Part shown: positions 27,277-41,744 of the stretch, in pieces
Position numbering within the stretch: position 1 is the first letter of the stretch
Layout: each line of letters opens with the position of its first letter
Assembly (NCBI RefSeq): GCF_037042905.1
Contig: NC_087245.1
Span: 40,178,001 to 40,242,000, forward strand
Reading direction: 5' to 3'
Length of the DNA: 64,000 bases
DNA from: Lytechinus pictus
Taxonomy: Eukaryota
Notes under the pieces: model-generated
Told to the model about the DNA's origin: nothing
What the model saw: the letters and a program-made list of their open reading frames with translations, nothing else
Database searches by the model: none
Translations under genes and position numbers: made by a program

Positions 27277-28189
27277 GTGAGCCTTTACGCCATTCCAATA
27301 TGTAGTTGTCTCACACCCCATACAGGGTGTCCCAAGAAAAAACAACTATTATCCACCTCATACATCAAAACCATTCCCAGAGATGTGTGACACTTGTAAT
27401 AAAGCATATCATTATAAGTGTGTGTTCAATGTTGATGTTTATTTTTAAAAATCTTCTATTTTTGCACTAAATCTTTGAAGATTGGGACCTTTTTTTTAGC
27501 ATCCTGTGTGATATGTATTCACACAGCACATGCTTGTATATTGTCAACGTTTGTCATGTTCATTCATGTCTACGTGTATATTTGTGAATCGTATAAAAAA
27601 AAGAATAGAGAAAAGATTGCTACATTACTTACATAAAAAAGATTGGCTTGCAGTGCTCATATCAACTAAATTGCTGATACCCTTCATAAAAAAAGTGTCT
27701 AATTTGTGTATTAATTTGTTAGAGTTGATTCTAACTTCCTTGTTTTCTTGGGAATGTGAAATATAGCTTATATCTCGCCCTATTCTAAAATGTGTTAATC
27801 AAAACCAAATTACTCAGCTTGGGGATATGAAATGTCTACTTGTGATTGATTTATTGAATTGATGGCAAGTTCTCAAATCTAGTGCAAATTTATATTTTTT
27901 TGGAAAAAAACCAGTGCAAATATTGTCAATCTTGTCATTGAATTCAATACATATAAGAGCATATATATAATATTATTAAACCCACCTTGCATCACATAGA
28001 TGTAATATACTCTCCCGCAATTTTAACATAATGAAGCCGTTGCCTTGTAGAGCCGGTTGGTCTACATGTATGTGTAAAGCCTATGGAATGCACAGAATCC
28101 AGTATTCATTGGGTTAATGCTGGCATATTTTTCTTACATGACTGTATGCATGATTTATTGCATGCCTGTGAACAAAGTAATGAGAATTA

Positions 28190-28449
28190 CACTTTAAAAG
28201 CTATGGTGTTAAAATCAACACCAGTCAATGTTCATAGAGGACCACACATTTCAGTGTTAAAAATACACCATGGGATATGGACATAACATCTCTGTCTGTG
28301 TTGAAATAACAAACAATGTGTTTAACACCCACGGGTGTAAAGTACCTAACACCATGAATCCAACATGGGTGTAGAATGCTTAGTGTACATGTGGTCCTCT
28401 GTAAACACTGGTTGTCTGGTGCAGTTTCAGCACCATTGTTGTTAAAGTG
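28190..28449. mobile_element. degraded MITE with CACT..AGTG ends (EnSpm/CACTA-like)
   Basis: TA flanks; imperfect inverted repeats including AGAGGACCAC / GTGGTCCTCT. Confidence 0.55.
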
Positions 28450-29189
28450 TAAATGATGATTGGTGCATTCTGCCTTATGAGCATATTTGAGCATGAGCAT
28501 TTGTCCTTTCCTACCCCAAAATGTCCCACTTCCCGTCATTGTGTTCATTACATTTCATAATGTTCCATTCTGATTTTGAAATGTAACCATTCATGTATTT
28601 CCTTTCATGTGATAGCATAAACAAACATATATTTTGAGATATATATGAAGTTGCATTCAGAGACAATGCTGCTGCTGGTAAAGGGTTTCATAGAAATTAT
28701 TCAAACACTGCTGAAGAGGGCCTTCCAGCGTGTGGAAAGTGACAAATTTATTTAAAGTTCTTCATTCTATGAAGAGTTATTTTCAAGTCATGGATAGTTT
28801 TCTTTCTATATGAAGCATCTAATTATATCACTGATTTCCAAGTCTATTGATCCATTCAAAATAGCATCTCTATCTTGTGTATTATTTTTGTATTCATGTG
28901 CATTTACTTTCCAAATGTTTCTTGAATTACTTTTCAGTACTCATGTTTTTGATGTATACAGAGTGATAAAAGATTTGATCTTCTAATACTTTTTCAAAAG
29001 GTTTGATAGATATGCTCAAAACATGCTGTAAGAAAATTTCAGGAAAGGAAAATTAAACAGATGTAACAAATGCTTTTAAAAGAAACTACAATGTTATATT
29101 ATGAATTGATGTGTGTAGTACATGTGGTTTAGCAAGGCAAAAATTATGCTTTCTATTCATCATACCCATGCCCAATATTAGTGCTACCA

Positions 29190-29465
29190 TTTTCCTCTCC
29201 CCCACCCCCATTTGTATGTATTCCCCTCCCCCTTCTCACCCATCCCCACACTCCCCCTTCTCTCCCCTTCCCATTTCCTGTTTTTACCCCTCCCCACTCC
29301 CTCTTCTCACCCCTTTCCCTTCCCCACACACCTATATATTCCCCCCTCCTCCCCTCCCCTCTGCATCCCCTCTGCATCCCCTCCCCCTCCTCACCCATCC
29401 CCACGCCCCCTTCTCCATTACCTTCTCACCCCCTCCCCCTTACTCACCCACCTCACCCCTCCCTC
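29190..29465. repeat. C-rich polypyrimidine low-complexity tract
   Basis: Directly visible. Confidence 0.9.
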
Positions 29466-29555
29466 AGCGTCTCAATGTATCAACAATCATTTTACCATTT
29501 TATTTATCTGTTGTCCATTTTACTTTCATTTTTATTACATCCCTCCCCTCTGTAG

Positions 29556-29567
29556 GATCGAAGAGAG
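29556..29567 (+). CDS. scrib: candidate 12-nt microexon (DRRE)
   Basis: long pyrimidine tract plus ctgtag, GAG|gtaaaa donor, frame-preserving, fits the charged helix of the flanking exons. Confidence 0.5.
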
Positions 29568-31786
29568 GTAAAACACAATCAAAGCACATAGATTAGCTTG
29601 GATTGACATTGTCATGTTATTCACTGGTTTTGATTTTGTTTAATACTAAAACATTTTGTTCATTGCTTACAACAATCTTCCATGATAATATTATGTTACC
29701 ATCGTCAAGTACTTAATATATGTAAAACATCAAAATCCATTTAAACTCAATATTTTAGACAGATAAATCATTGGTATTCCTTCATTATGTTTTTTTATGG
29801 TGTGACATACAATGTTAGATGTTACAAAGTATTGGATTGAAATTGCCCTGTTTATTACTGGTTTTAATTTTGTGTAATACTGAAACCATTTTGTTTATTG
29901 CTTAGAGCGAGAATTTTATACTTAAAACCTCCAAAATAACAGTATGTTGCTATCCTGAATACTTTTCAGTAATTATCAAATTACAAAAACCTTTAGATAA
30001 AGTCATTTAAGACGGATAAATCATTGCTTATTTTTGGACAGTGTTAAAAAAGAAGTAGAATAGAATTATATGCATTTTATTTAATATTTCTTACTACATC
30101 ATTATCCTGCAATATTTTTAATGAAAAGTTATGAAATAATAATTCCAACCACTATTTATACTAAAATAATAATTTAAGCTAAACATATAATTTGAATTTG
30201 GTTTTGACCTAATCATCATTTAATTATTTTTTATTGAGAGAAGTATAAATTAGCAAATAATTTCACACCAATTTTTTTCTTGCGCAATCTTTATTAACAA
30301 ACATTTTATCCTCTGGACATAAAAAAAGCAATTGAAGACCCAGATGAAAATGAGAGCTCAGCAATTATCAAAATGCACATCCGGGGATTAGTGCAGCACA
30401 GTATCGATAAATTTCTTGCTGAAGGAAAATATTACATGAAAAAATAGAACATACAGTTTTCTGATATTTTGTAGACATTAGAGTGCACATTTAGAATAAC
30501 TGTAAAATGGCACATTGCACAAATGGCGATCTCAGGTTTATATAGTGCAAACGTAAGTTAAGTCTCTTAGTGCTCTAGAAGGTAGTGTGAGAAAGAAAGA
30601 GAAAGAGAGAGAAAAAGTGTCAATTTCTCTTTTTGATATTTTTCACTCCTTATAGGAATGTATATTGGAGGGCTTACAAGCAAATCCTGTTTTCTATAAA
30701 TGTCATTTTTAGAGGGTGGTGATAATATATGGGAATTGGAAAGGAAAATTAATGAACTGTATGGTGCATTTTTTAAACATTGTTATGTCATTCAAAGTTT
30801 CAAACATATGTACATAGTAGGCAATGTTCAAGGTTGTGTAATTTTGCATATTGATAATATAACTCCCAAATTATGTAATCTGAAAGCATATATATCCACC
30901 AATTATAATATCATTCACATACTAGCTAAAATCCATTATACGAGGTATAAACTTGTTTTTAAGACTTGCTTTTATTTTACTCAATGGCATTTGGGGAAAA
31001 CCACCTCCAAATATCTCCATGACCTTATATAATTATTTGTTTATTCATTCTTTGATTTACCACACCTTTGTTTTCCCATTGATTTGCTTTGTGTTTTGTT
31101 TATTATTTTGTTCACATCCACTCCCTACTCACTATCGTGTTCATTTTTGTTAATGACTCTTTATAAACGTGTCTATCCCAATCTAATCTTTCACTATTTT
31201 ATGGAGCACTGTGTATAATCGGTCACCTTCACACTTCTTTTATACTGACAACAAAAAATAAAGAAAAAGCGCTATATCATTTACAATGCTAGTAAAAATA
31301 TTCAACCAAGATTAAATCACATATTTGATGACTTACCACAATATTTTTGTCATTAAACATATGAGAGAAAATATTTAAGATAAATGAATACATGTATTTA
31401 CACTATGAAAATATTCATTAATTGAAAGTGGATAAGAAAATATGACTAATACTTAAACAAATTTGAAGTATATCGATGAGAAATGTGTACAATGACAAGA
31501 TGAGAGGAGAAAAATTTAGAATCAATATCATTAAAAGAACGCTAATTAAGTTTGAATACTCTAGAAATATTCATGAGTACATTAACGCTATTGTCGTGAT
31601 ATATTGTCTGTCTCCTTGAGTTTATGTTTTAAATATTGGAGCTGTTCTTAGTGTTTTCTCTCTAACCAGTCGTACCCATGTTTCTATAACCTTATAATTT
31701 TTTCCTTTCATATTTGTTCCTTTTTTACTCCCTTCCCCCATTCCTCCTCATACACATCTCTTCCATTTTGAATTTGTCATTGTTAG

Positions 31787-31843
31787 GAAGAGATGAGGAG
31801 ACAACGAGAGGAAGAAACAAGGAGATTAACAGAGGAAAACGAG
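31787..31843 (+). CDS. scrib: scrib exon (EEMRRQREEETRRLTEENE), charged helix
   Basis: tgttag acceptor, gtaaga donor, 57 nt, phase 0/0, purine-rich. Confidence 0.85.
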
Positions 31844-32521
31844 GTAAGAAACTAACCACCTGAAAAAAGTCTAATGGAGAGTTTAAAAAGGATTATACCT
31901 ACCTGAAAAAAAAAATAAATGGCCATGGAGCTGTTTTTTTAAGCTACAGGTATAACGTTACTGTTGCCTTGTGACCCTTTCTTGTCGTATATGAAATATC
32001 TCTTTCTGTGTTCTAGTATAATGGGTGTACATATTCTTCAAATCCAATAAAAATAACCTGCTATCCGAATAATTATTACCCAGCATTTTGCAGAATAGCG
32101 CCATCTCCCGGCGTCCCATGAATGGCATTTCAGTTTAACCGTGTAACAATGATTAAAATTGGAATTTTAACATACAAAGTTTGGGAATTTCATCCATAGC
32201 TAATGGATGGGTTTCCAAATTATTAAGAATCTGAATTATTTATTACCCCAGGAAAGGGTCACTGGTCTGGTGTAAATAATTGCATAATCTACAGACATCT
32301 TTACAAAATACCCCCCCCCCAATTATTTCATAAGAAGTACACCTACAGAAGAATAAAAATGTTTTATGTATCTTATTTGTTATTTATGAAACTCAAGAAA
32401 ATTTGTAATCAATTTAATATGTTCAGACCTGAATATTTTTTTTGTTATGGATTCATATTCATATTTTGTTCCTGTTTTCATTGCTTGTGTACTAACCTCT
32501 TTTTCTGCATGTTTATTCCAG

Positions 32522-32581
32522 TCAAGCTTGTATTATATAGTGCGCACTACATATACGCATCTGTCCTATTTTCATTACTGA
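32522..32581 (+). CDS. scrib: candidate alternative terminal or poison exon (SSLYYIVRTTYTHLSYFHY-stop)
   Basis: TACTAAC branch-point consensus at 32490-32496, pyrimidine tract, ccag at 32518-32521; in phase 0 it reads 19 codons to TGA. Confidence 0.35.
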   Translation, partial: SSLYYIVRTTYTHLSYFHY

Positions 32582-33070
32582 GAATGGGTTCCGCAGACAT
32601 GTTTATGTATTCATGTAAAAAGGGGGTTGAATGCTGTGCAGAGGTGAATATATTTCATGACAGTGATACATTTGCAATTGTTGAATATCGTATGGGATAA
32701 ACTAACATTGTACTTTGATGCTTCAATGATTCTTTTAAACTATCATCTCATCATTCATCAAGTTTTATTCGCCATTATATACACACATTTGTATAATCCA
32801 GAATGAACTGCCTTCATTTATATTTATTTTCAAAATCTGAATAGTATTTGTAAACAAAAATAGAATATAGAAAAAAATGTTTATATATGTCTCAGAATAG
32901 ATTACTTGATAGATGGTGCATATTATAAAATGCTTTGTTTATTATTATTATTATACGAGATATATGTTGGGTTAGTCATTTATTTATATTTTCATCAAGT
33001 TTGCTGTTTTATTAATGGATAAAAAAGATGATTGAAATACACAACTGTGTAAAAGTATGATTATTCTTAA

Positions 33071-33667
33071 AGGACAAGTCCACCCCCAACAAAAAGTTGA
33101 TTTGAATAAAAAGAGAAAAATCCAACAAGCATAACACTGAAAATTTCATCAAAATCGGATGTAAAATAAGAAAGTTATGACATTTAAATTTTCACTTAAT
33201 TCAACAAAACAGTTATATGCACATCCTTGTCGATATGCAAATGAGGAGACCGATGACGTCATCCACTCACTATTTCTTTTGTATTTAATTATATGAAATA
33301 TTCTAATTTTTCCTCATTGTGAAGTGAAACAAAGAATTCCTCCCTGAACTGTGGAATTAGCATTGTTTTAATACTATATCGTCCATTCAAGTTGATCCTT
33401 ATTGTCAAATATGTAAAGAAATGAAATATTGTACAATGCAAAAAAAAATAAAATAAAATAAAATAATGAGTAAGGGACATCATCGACTGTCTCATCTGCA
33501 TGTCACTGAGTTGTGCATATCACTGTTTTGTGAAAAATAAGCGAAACTTTAAAATGTCATTACTTTCTTATTTTACATGTACGATTTTGATGAAATTTTC
33601 AGCATGATGCTAGTTTGATTTTTCTCTATTTAGTCAAATCAACATTTTTCTGAGGTGGACTTGACCT
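33071..33667. mobile_element. TTAA-flanked non-autonomous element with long imperfect TIRs (AGG..CCT ends, Kolobok-like)
   Basis: TTAA TSD; TIRs of about 200 bp; second copy at 41158-41744; related fragments near 19415-19720 and 56795-56930. Confidence 0.82.
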
Positions 33668-35053
33668 TTAAGTACTTTGTCACAGGCCTCTTTCACACTT
33701 AAAAAGAGCACTCATAGCTTGAATGGAATTCACGAGAGAAGGAACACAATTCAAGTTCAAGTCACTGGTTTACAATGAAGGGGAAGTGGACTTGGGAGAG
33801 GGCCCTCGCATAAAAAAAAAATTACACGGGGGCGGGCTGGGGGCGATTAGCCCCTGAAATGCTCAAAAGGGACCTTTAAAGTAAAAAGGAGCCCTGGAAA
33901 TCCCCATTCATCACAATGATAAAGCTTATCTGACGTTACAGAGTTAGGCAGTTAGTTGTGAAAAGGAGCCCCTGAAAATAAAAATATATATATATTTTTG
34001 CCTGGCCTCTGCTAAAAAAGTTCTATGACCAAGATGTTGTGTCCAAATCTTGCACAAATTTCAATTTTCATTTCAAAAAGGTAAAATAAAATTTGCCCAT
34101 CCACTCAGTACTTTAAGGAACTTTGTTAAAAATGTCATATTGTGCCTATATTTCGAGGTGGGGGGGGGGGGGGCTCATTACACTACTGATAAAAGTTTAT
34201 CAAAGTCTCACATCAGCAATGGAACTTTAGTTGTTTTTTCAGTGTCAGTGTAAATGCACTATTTGCCTTTTCCTTCAAATTATAAGTGCTCTTTATATAT
34301 TATCTTTATAGTGTGAATGGGGTTACGGTATCAGTGGAATTTGTGCACTTTTATGATCATGATGCCAGTGTGATGTGTATGCTACAGGCTTTGACACTAA
34401 TACTTGCTTGATTCAGAAAGGAATTTATAGTGTACTGCTTCCACTTCTCGCTATCGCAATATTGTGTATTACGGGTGTGTAGAGTGAGACCAGATAAGTT
34501 ATTAAAAAGGGGTTTATATGAGTTTACATTGTATGCAGTGTGTGAAGTAATTCTGATACTTGACTTTTGGGTTCATGTTTTGAGTGAATTTTATTAAAAT
34601 ATTCAAAATTCAAGAGGCAAATTTCCATAATTATCAGATACACATATAAGTCCTTTAACACACAGTGAGCATTTAAAAAAAAAATCAAATTATTGAACAT
34701 TGACCCATCAGTTATACAGGTGATAATTGGTTTGAATTGTGCTTAAGCAGTGGGAAGAATTATGACTGTCTGGGAAGCTTATATTTTAGGTATTTAAAGA
34801 CATAAATAAGCTTTTCTGCAATTGAATCCCTTCTCTCCCCCTAAAAATAATTACAAAGAAATATTTATAAGAATGTAAATTACAAATTTTTTAATAGTTT
34901 ATTTCTATTTATGAAATTCAAACAGATAAGTCAATAGCAGACATCACGCTGGCATTTTACATTTGCATGTTGCCTGCTCTTTAGATCTTCATTTCATCTC
35001 TCTCCCTCCCCTCTCCCCCCCCCCCCCCACTACCCCGTCCCCGCGGCCATCAG

Positions 35054-35257
35054 GAAAACTTCCAAAAGATAATTAGGAGAAACGTTACCCCTCCTGCCCG
35101 GCAAAAAACCTTTGCCCAGGAGCAGGAAGAAGAAGAGACCGATGACGAGGAGGAGGTGGACACGCCCTTGCTGCGCCTCAGGAGTCCGGACTCGGAAGAA
35201 GATTTGATAAAAGAAGAGTTGATCCCCCTGCGGGTCGATACAGAGATTGAAATCAGT
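35054..35257 (+). CDS. scrib: scrib exon (ENFQKIIRRNVTPP...VDTEIEIS), acidic
   Basis: catcag acceptor, gtgagt donor, 204 nt, open in phase 0/0, GC-rich. Confidence 0.82.
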
Positions 35258-35984
35258 GTGAGTTTTATATGAAAACAAATGATGAGGGGGACAAAAATCC
35301 ACCCAAAACAAGAGAGAGAATTTGCTCAATTTGAGACATCATCAGTTTGCAGTGACATTCCTTGCCACTAAATTAACCACAATATTTCCCCAAAGATTCC
35401 TTTGTGTAATACTGTTTTTCTCCAACTAATAGAGTTTACAAACACTTTACCTTTATACAAATTATTAACTGTTTAATGTTTCTGGAAAGTAGATTGATAA
35501 ATGAATAGATTTTGAATGCTTACCTTTGATCTCTGTAGCTCTTAAAATGCTTTTTGGTGGAATGGGAAGTACTCACATTTCTTGTAATGATGTGGCATAG
35601 TTATAGTCTTTCTGCGGTGATGAGTTTTCTTAAAGAAAGAGATATATATTTAAGAAAATAAGATATATCCTGGTGTATTAGCACAACAAATTAAATATCA
35701 TCTCCCATTGAACATCACTTGCCCCTTTTTAATCTCTCTTTCTAACAAACTTCATTCTTCATCTAATGGAATGGCCTCATAGAATTTAGATTGTAGATAG
35801 CACGTGAACTGACTCTCACTTTATAACATCTTTTAACACATTTTCAAGCTAACATCTAGTCAGATACTGTGTGTTGTACACGTTAGCTCTGTCATTCATG
35901 TTCTGCCATATGAACCAAAGACCTGGTTTCAAAACATACTAGTTCGATCGTCGTGGTCTCACTACCAATCTAGTTTAGAATTCC

Positions 35985-36326
35985 GGTGGGTGTTTCGTAT
36001 TTGTAACCTACGAGCGACTTTACGGTCGACTGGTGAGCCTTTCTTTGGAATGAAATAAGCACCCATATAAATCTGGTGTGCATCAGTTGCCGCAAGAAAG
36101 GATAACCAGGACTTCATAAAGTCGCTCGTAACTTACAAACAGCTTTATGAAACACCCACCTGGGGCCCGTTGCAGAAAGAGTTGCATTTAAACGCAAGCC
36201 AAAAAATCAATCGCAAGTCCCAAATGCGCGCTGTTGATTGGTTGAAAATCAAGTTGCGCATGATTTTTAGAGTTGCGATTGATTGTTAGAGTTGCGATTG
36301 ATTGCAACTCTTTGTGCAACAGGCCC
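35985..36326. mobile_element. two abutting Harbinger-like MITEs (about 35985-36159 and family D 36163-36326) sharing a CTG
   Basis: GGTGGGTGTTTC..GAAACACCCACC and GGGCCCGTTGCAGAAAGAGTTGC..GCAACTCTTTGTGCAACAGGCCC. Confidence 0.75.
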
Positions 36327-37589
36327 CTGATCTTGTTTGTGTTTTTCTGTATCAGTGAGTGGAATCTTGATCCACATCTGGATCCTGTAACACAAAACTT
36401 AGCAATCGATTGTAGTACAATTTTTTGTGATTGATTGCATAGACTACAATGTACAATCAATCGTAAATATCAGTTATATGATCAGTCTCTACTCTTTGTG
36501 TTACAGCAGCCAGTATGTCATTCTTCATATCATATGCACATATGACAAAGTTGAGTCAATGTTTGATATCAATCATAAGAATAGACTATGAACAAAAAGG
36601 TCATTGATCTGGATGGTAGGTCAAAAAGTAAGAGACGGCGTATGACAATAATGTACTATTACGCTAAACAAAGTTCCCGCTAGATCAAAACAGTGTAAAT
36701 GTTTATTGGAGATGTTTGAGCAAAATAATATTGTAGTTCCTTCATTTCTTGAGTAACTTCTCTGTGAAAATCAAAGTGATTGATCCATTCGTGCAAGAAT
36801 GCGCACACAATAGAGGCAAAATTATTACTTCACAATAATTGCAGGAGATATTTTTACACCATATTAAGAGTGAATTATAGCATTTTGGGGTAACTGATAT
36901 CGTCATCTGCACACTCAATTAATTACTCCTTTGCGTTTATCCAACAATTGACAGCACTTTGACTGCACCGTCTGGTAGTGTTTGTTTTAGTAAAGGTTGA
37001 AAATATTTAGCAGTCAAAAAAAAGAAGAAGAAATTAGTGATTCCCCCCTAAAATTGAGTTCATCAACCTGTTGAAAACTCAAAAAGTGTCAGTAAGTATG
37101 ATGGAACTATGGATTAATGATAAGCCATCACTGACAGTAATTCAACATCCACCATTAAAAAAAGAAATTGAGAACAAATTATTTTGGTAATTTAATTAAA
37201 AATTGCCATTTTGCCTTTAATGTGTACCCACTCATACATCACCCGATGGATCAAAATTTTTTTTTAAAGTCAACTATAGGAACATTCCTATTCAGAATTT
37301 TGCTCAAGTACTTTTTAATGAAACATTACACTATTTTGATTTAGCACAACTTTTCTGTGTTATATTTTGACAGAACATTGGCATAATTAATTCTTTTATA
37401 TAATAAATTATTTAGCATCATTAATTCTTACTAACTATATGCTAATTTCAATTGATGCTACCTTGTGTATAAGTACACCATTCTATACAATGTATTCACT
37501 GACAGAATTCTTTTAATACCCCAGTTTTGTCAAATCTTTTTTATGCATGTCTTTACTCATATTTTCATATTTGCCCTGCTTCATTTTAG

Positions 37590-37664
37590 TCCAATCAACA
37601 AACCAAAACAACAGAAAACGGAACGGCAGATGATGATGACGATCTTCCTCTCCCACAGGCAAAG
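37590..37664 (+). CDS. scrib: scrib exon (SNQQTKTTENGTADDDDDLPLPQAK)
   Basis: ttttag acceptor, AAG|gtagga donor, 75 nt, phase 0/0. Confidence 0.75.
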
Positions 37665-39335
37665 GTAGGACATTCTCCAAAAGAGTTCCCTCATTCCGAG
37701 GTGGATAGAGATGTATCTTCAAAAGTATACACACTTGTCCTGTTTGATAAATACGGGTTGTAAGCTTTCACTGTGATCTGTTGAAAACAGACTTGTTCAT
37801 ATGCTTAGAGCAGATTTGAGAAGCAGTTGCCATAGGTAACAAGTTTGGTGAAAAGGGGTCATTTTAGTCCCAAGCACATACATGTATGTAGTTTGTACGT
37901 GACATTGCCTTACTTTTAAAGGTCTATTTGTACATGTAGATACACGGAACCCTATGTACACAGGTTTACTGCTTTGGTTTTCAATTGATTCATGAATCCT
38001 GATTACAACTCAATGAATAATAAAGTGACCTTTTTTATTATATGATTGTATAATTATGTTCACCGTTATGGGTACGGTAGCCATAGAATAGATATAGTAT
38101 TTTCAAGAATGGCAGTACACTATATCAATATGCATTTGTAAGACATTAGCAGCTGCAGCCATTCTATTTTCATTTGGACTGAAAATTTAAGCCATCAATT
38201 TTATTTTCTGCTCTAAAGTCTATCAAGTCATTTAGTTTGCAATGAACACATTCAAGCTGGATTTTATTATTATTTGGCAGAGCACATCACACAAATTTCA
38301 ATTTTATTTTGAGCATAAGAATAAAGAAATTAAAAAAATTACACCTGAAGCTTTTTAGAAAAATATGGGAACTGAACATTGTCGTGGTGAAGTTTAAATC
38401 CCTAGTTGCAAAAGGATTTTCCTTTTCATCTCACAGCGTTTTGCATATACATTGCTTTTTAGTTCAAGTATGGAATAGATTCAATAGAGACCCTTATATT
38501 TCCTATTTATAGAGAACAAGTATTAAGATTGAAAAAAAGAAAGGAACAGACTTGGGGTTGAAATAAAAATAGCAACCATTAAAACTGATTTTGAATAGTT
38601 ATGTTTATATTCACACTTGCATGTCCCATCTATTCTGTGCATGTCCAGCTGATTGAATGAAAATTAGCCATTCTTTTGCTCTCATCTCTTCATTTTTGCT
38701 GTGCTTTTTAGTAAATAGCTGCGAGATATTAGATATTATCCTATATTTAATGTGTTCTTGCTATAACAAGCTATTATTTGCATGGATATTAATTATAAAC
38801 AAATTATTGAAACCAATTAAATTGGCATGAAGTAAATTATAACTGCCCCCATTAAAATAGCTCTCAAAATCCTTGTCAAAGAAAGCTTTGTAAATTATGA
38901 AATATATGGTTGATATTATCATTTTTCTTAAAAGGATCATTATAAAAAAAAAGACTGCAAAAGAAAAGTTAAAAGACGGATGATTGAAAAAGAGAACAAA
39001 ACCAGTGTTTATATTTTAGATGAAATATTGGGAATGACTTTTTGCAGACCAATTACATTGAATTTTCTCAATAGATAATCAGACATAAACTAAATCAGCT
39101 TTGATGAATAACTGAAATATCTTATTTTAATCATTGAAGCCATGGTGTTAAATCAGTATCTGCATGAATATACATTTAAACAAATCAAGTTTTTACTACC
39201 CATCAAAATTAGAACAGAAATATATTCATGCATAGATATAGATGAAGCCCCACCCCCTTTTCTTCCCCGTAATTACTTTGAATTCTGCCTCCCTGATAAC
39301 CTCCTCACTTAACTTGCCACCGATCTCCCAAGCAG

Positions 39336-39464
39336 CCAAGGAAAAAGGCGCCGCCCCCGGTGGCCCCCAGGCCCCGAAACGCCTTCCGTGGCATTCGAAA
39401 CTCGAGTACGAGCAGCACGGCCTCCCGATCCTCCAGTGTTTCAACCCCGCCCGGGTCTCCTGAG
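39336..39464 (+). CDS. scrib: scrib exon (PRKKAPPPVAPRPRNAFRG...TPPGSPE), Pro/Ser-rich
   Basis: NAGNAG acceptor (aagcag 39330-39335), GAG|gtagag donor, 129 nt, GC-rich island. Confidence 0.8.
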
Positions 39465-40935
39465 GTAGAGTACCCCGCCCCCATCCCTCATACCTTGCAG
39501 CTTGAGTTTCACCCTTTTTACACTACACTCTGTCTGGCATGGTCCCGTGTGTTTTGTTTTGTGTGGTGTATTTTAAATGCCTGACTTTGTATTTTAACAT
39601 AGAATGTTGCATGTCATTGCGCTTGTCAAGCATTTAACCTAATAGCAACCTATAGCTTATTCACTGTATTGAAAAAGAAACATATTCGCCCTTACAAATC
39701 TGTTGATATTCCTAGTAGTTTTAACACTAATCCTAAAATGTATTTAAATGTAATTCCCTGAGGAATTGCCCAATTAAACTATAACAATTAAAATATTTGT
39801 TTAAAAAATTTGAAATCGCACAGCAATATTCTAACCTATATGTAATTGAGGTTTTTAGCTTTGGCAGTCATAAACCTTTAACTTGTTTTTAGGTTTCTAG
39901 AGGTGCTAACCTTTTTTGATTAAAATGTTTTGTGTAAAGCTGTGTAGTCAATTTTTATGTTTGCAGTTTCTAGCCATCCTAAATGAGAACCATCTAATAA
40001 AATTGTAATAAGTACTCAGTCTGATGTAAATTAATTTACTCATTTTTAATCAATCTATAACTTGAAAGACTACAAAGATTATTTAAAACTTATATGATTT
40101 AGGATTCTGATAATCTGGAATTAAATTATTTGACGTGGTTATCCTCCCACACTTTAAGTATTGGTATATGTTCCCTCCCTTTGTAAATTGTATAAACTTT
40201 CAAAATCAGCTGTTTTATTTTCTAAAATAATTAATCATTTTTATTGGGTAATGTGTCATCAATTAGGTACATTACTTGTAGAAACATGTTTCTTTTAATA
40301 TAAATTTCACTTTGTTTGCATAATATTACACTGGGATACATGAATGTTGCCTGCTGCATTTTGGTAATGACCAACTTACATGCATCCCGCCCTACGTTTT
40401 TGCAATTTCACTTTGCATTTTAATGTTTCTGATAGTTATTTATGAATTTGTATGCCTTTTTCATCTTCTATCGATTTCAAAACTGGGGAGGGGAAGTTCT
40501 GGTTTTAATAAAACATAAAAATTAAGAGAAAAGAAATTTGTGAAGGATTGATGAAAGTCTGTGGAATTATTTTTTTTCAAATGTTTATATCATCATGTAA
40601 ACAAATAGAATCTGTGATAATCATTATACATCATTATAATTACTGATTTTATGCACTGTTTGTCTTCTACTTTTTTAAAATATTTTTATGATGAACAATG
40701 CATTTGATTTTCATCATTGCACGGACACACTGGAATTATTTACACCCATAATGAATTGATGGTGTTTCTTGTTTTCATAACAAGTGGGTTTTTACTACCA
40801 AATCTTTTCTACACTTTCTGGTTACATTCCTTCAGAGGACCACATTCCATTCCAAAAGATACTTTCCTTTCTAACCTCCGCTTTCTCGCCTTTCTCACCT
40901 CTACCTCTATCCACTTTCTCTTTGTCCTTTTCCCG

Positions 40936-41079
40936 GGGCCTGTTGCAGAAAGAGTTGCGTTTAAACGCAAGTCAAAATATCAAGCGCAAGTCCCGAATAC
41001 GCGTGCTTCATTGGCTGAAAATCAATCACGCAAGATATTTTGAGTTGTGTTTGATCGCAACTCTTTCTGCAATGGGCCC
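40936..41079. mobile_element. MITE family D, second copy
   Basis: TIR GGGCCTGTTGCAGAAAGAGTTGCG, similarity to 36163-36326. Confidence 0.8.
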
Positions 41080-41157
41080 CGGGACTTTGCACATGGTGTA
41101 CCATGAACCACTTCTGCCTAATGGGTTTTTTGTTAATGTTTTGGCAAATACTATTAA

Positions 41158-41744
41158 AGGACAAGTCCACCCCAACAGAAAGTTGATTTGAACAAATAGA
41201 AAAAAATCCAAGAAGCATAACACTGAAAATTTCATCAAAATCGGATGTAAAATAGTAAAGTTATGACATTTTAAAGTTTTGCTAAATTTCACAAAACAGT
41301 TATATGCACATCCTGGTCGGTATGCAAATGAGGGGACTGATGACGTCACTCACTATTTCTTTTGCATTCTATTATATGAAATATCTTAATTTTCTCCTCA
41401 TTGGAAGGGGAAATAAGTTTTTTTCCTCATGAACATGGGGAATTACAATTGTTCTAACATTTTATGGTTCAGTAAAACTGGTCCTTATTGTCAAATCGGT
41501 AAAAATGGAAATATTGTATAATTCAAACAATAAAAAACAAAAGAAATAGTGAGTGGAGGACATCACCGACTCTCATTTGCGTGTTGCCGAGTTGTGCATA
41601 TAACTTTTGTGAAAAATAAGCGAAACTTTAAAATGTCATAACTTTCTTATTTTACATCCGATTTTGAAGAAAATTTCAACGTTATTCTTGTTTGATTTTT
41701 CTCTATTGATTCAAATCAACATTTTTCTGGGGTAGACTTGACAT
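41158..41744. mobile_element. second copy of the TTAA-flanked Kolobok-like element
   Basis: TTAA TSD, high similarity to 33071-33667. Confidence 0.82.
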
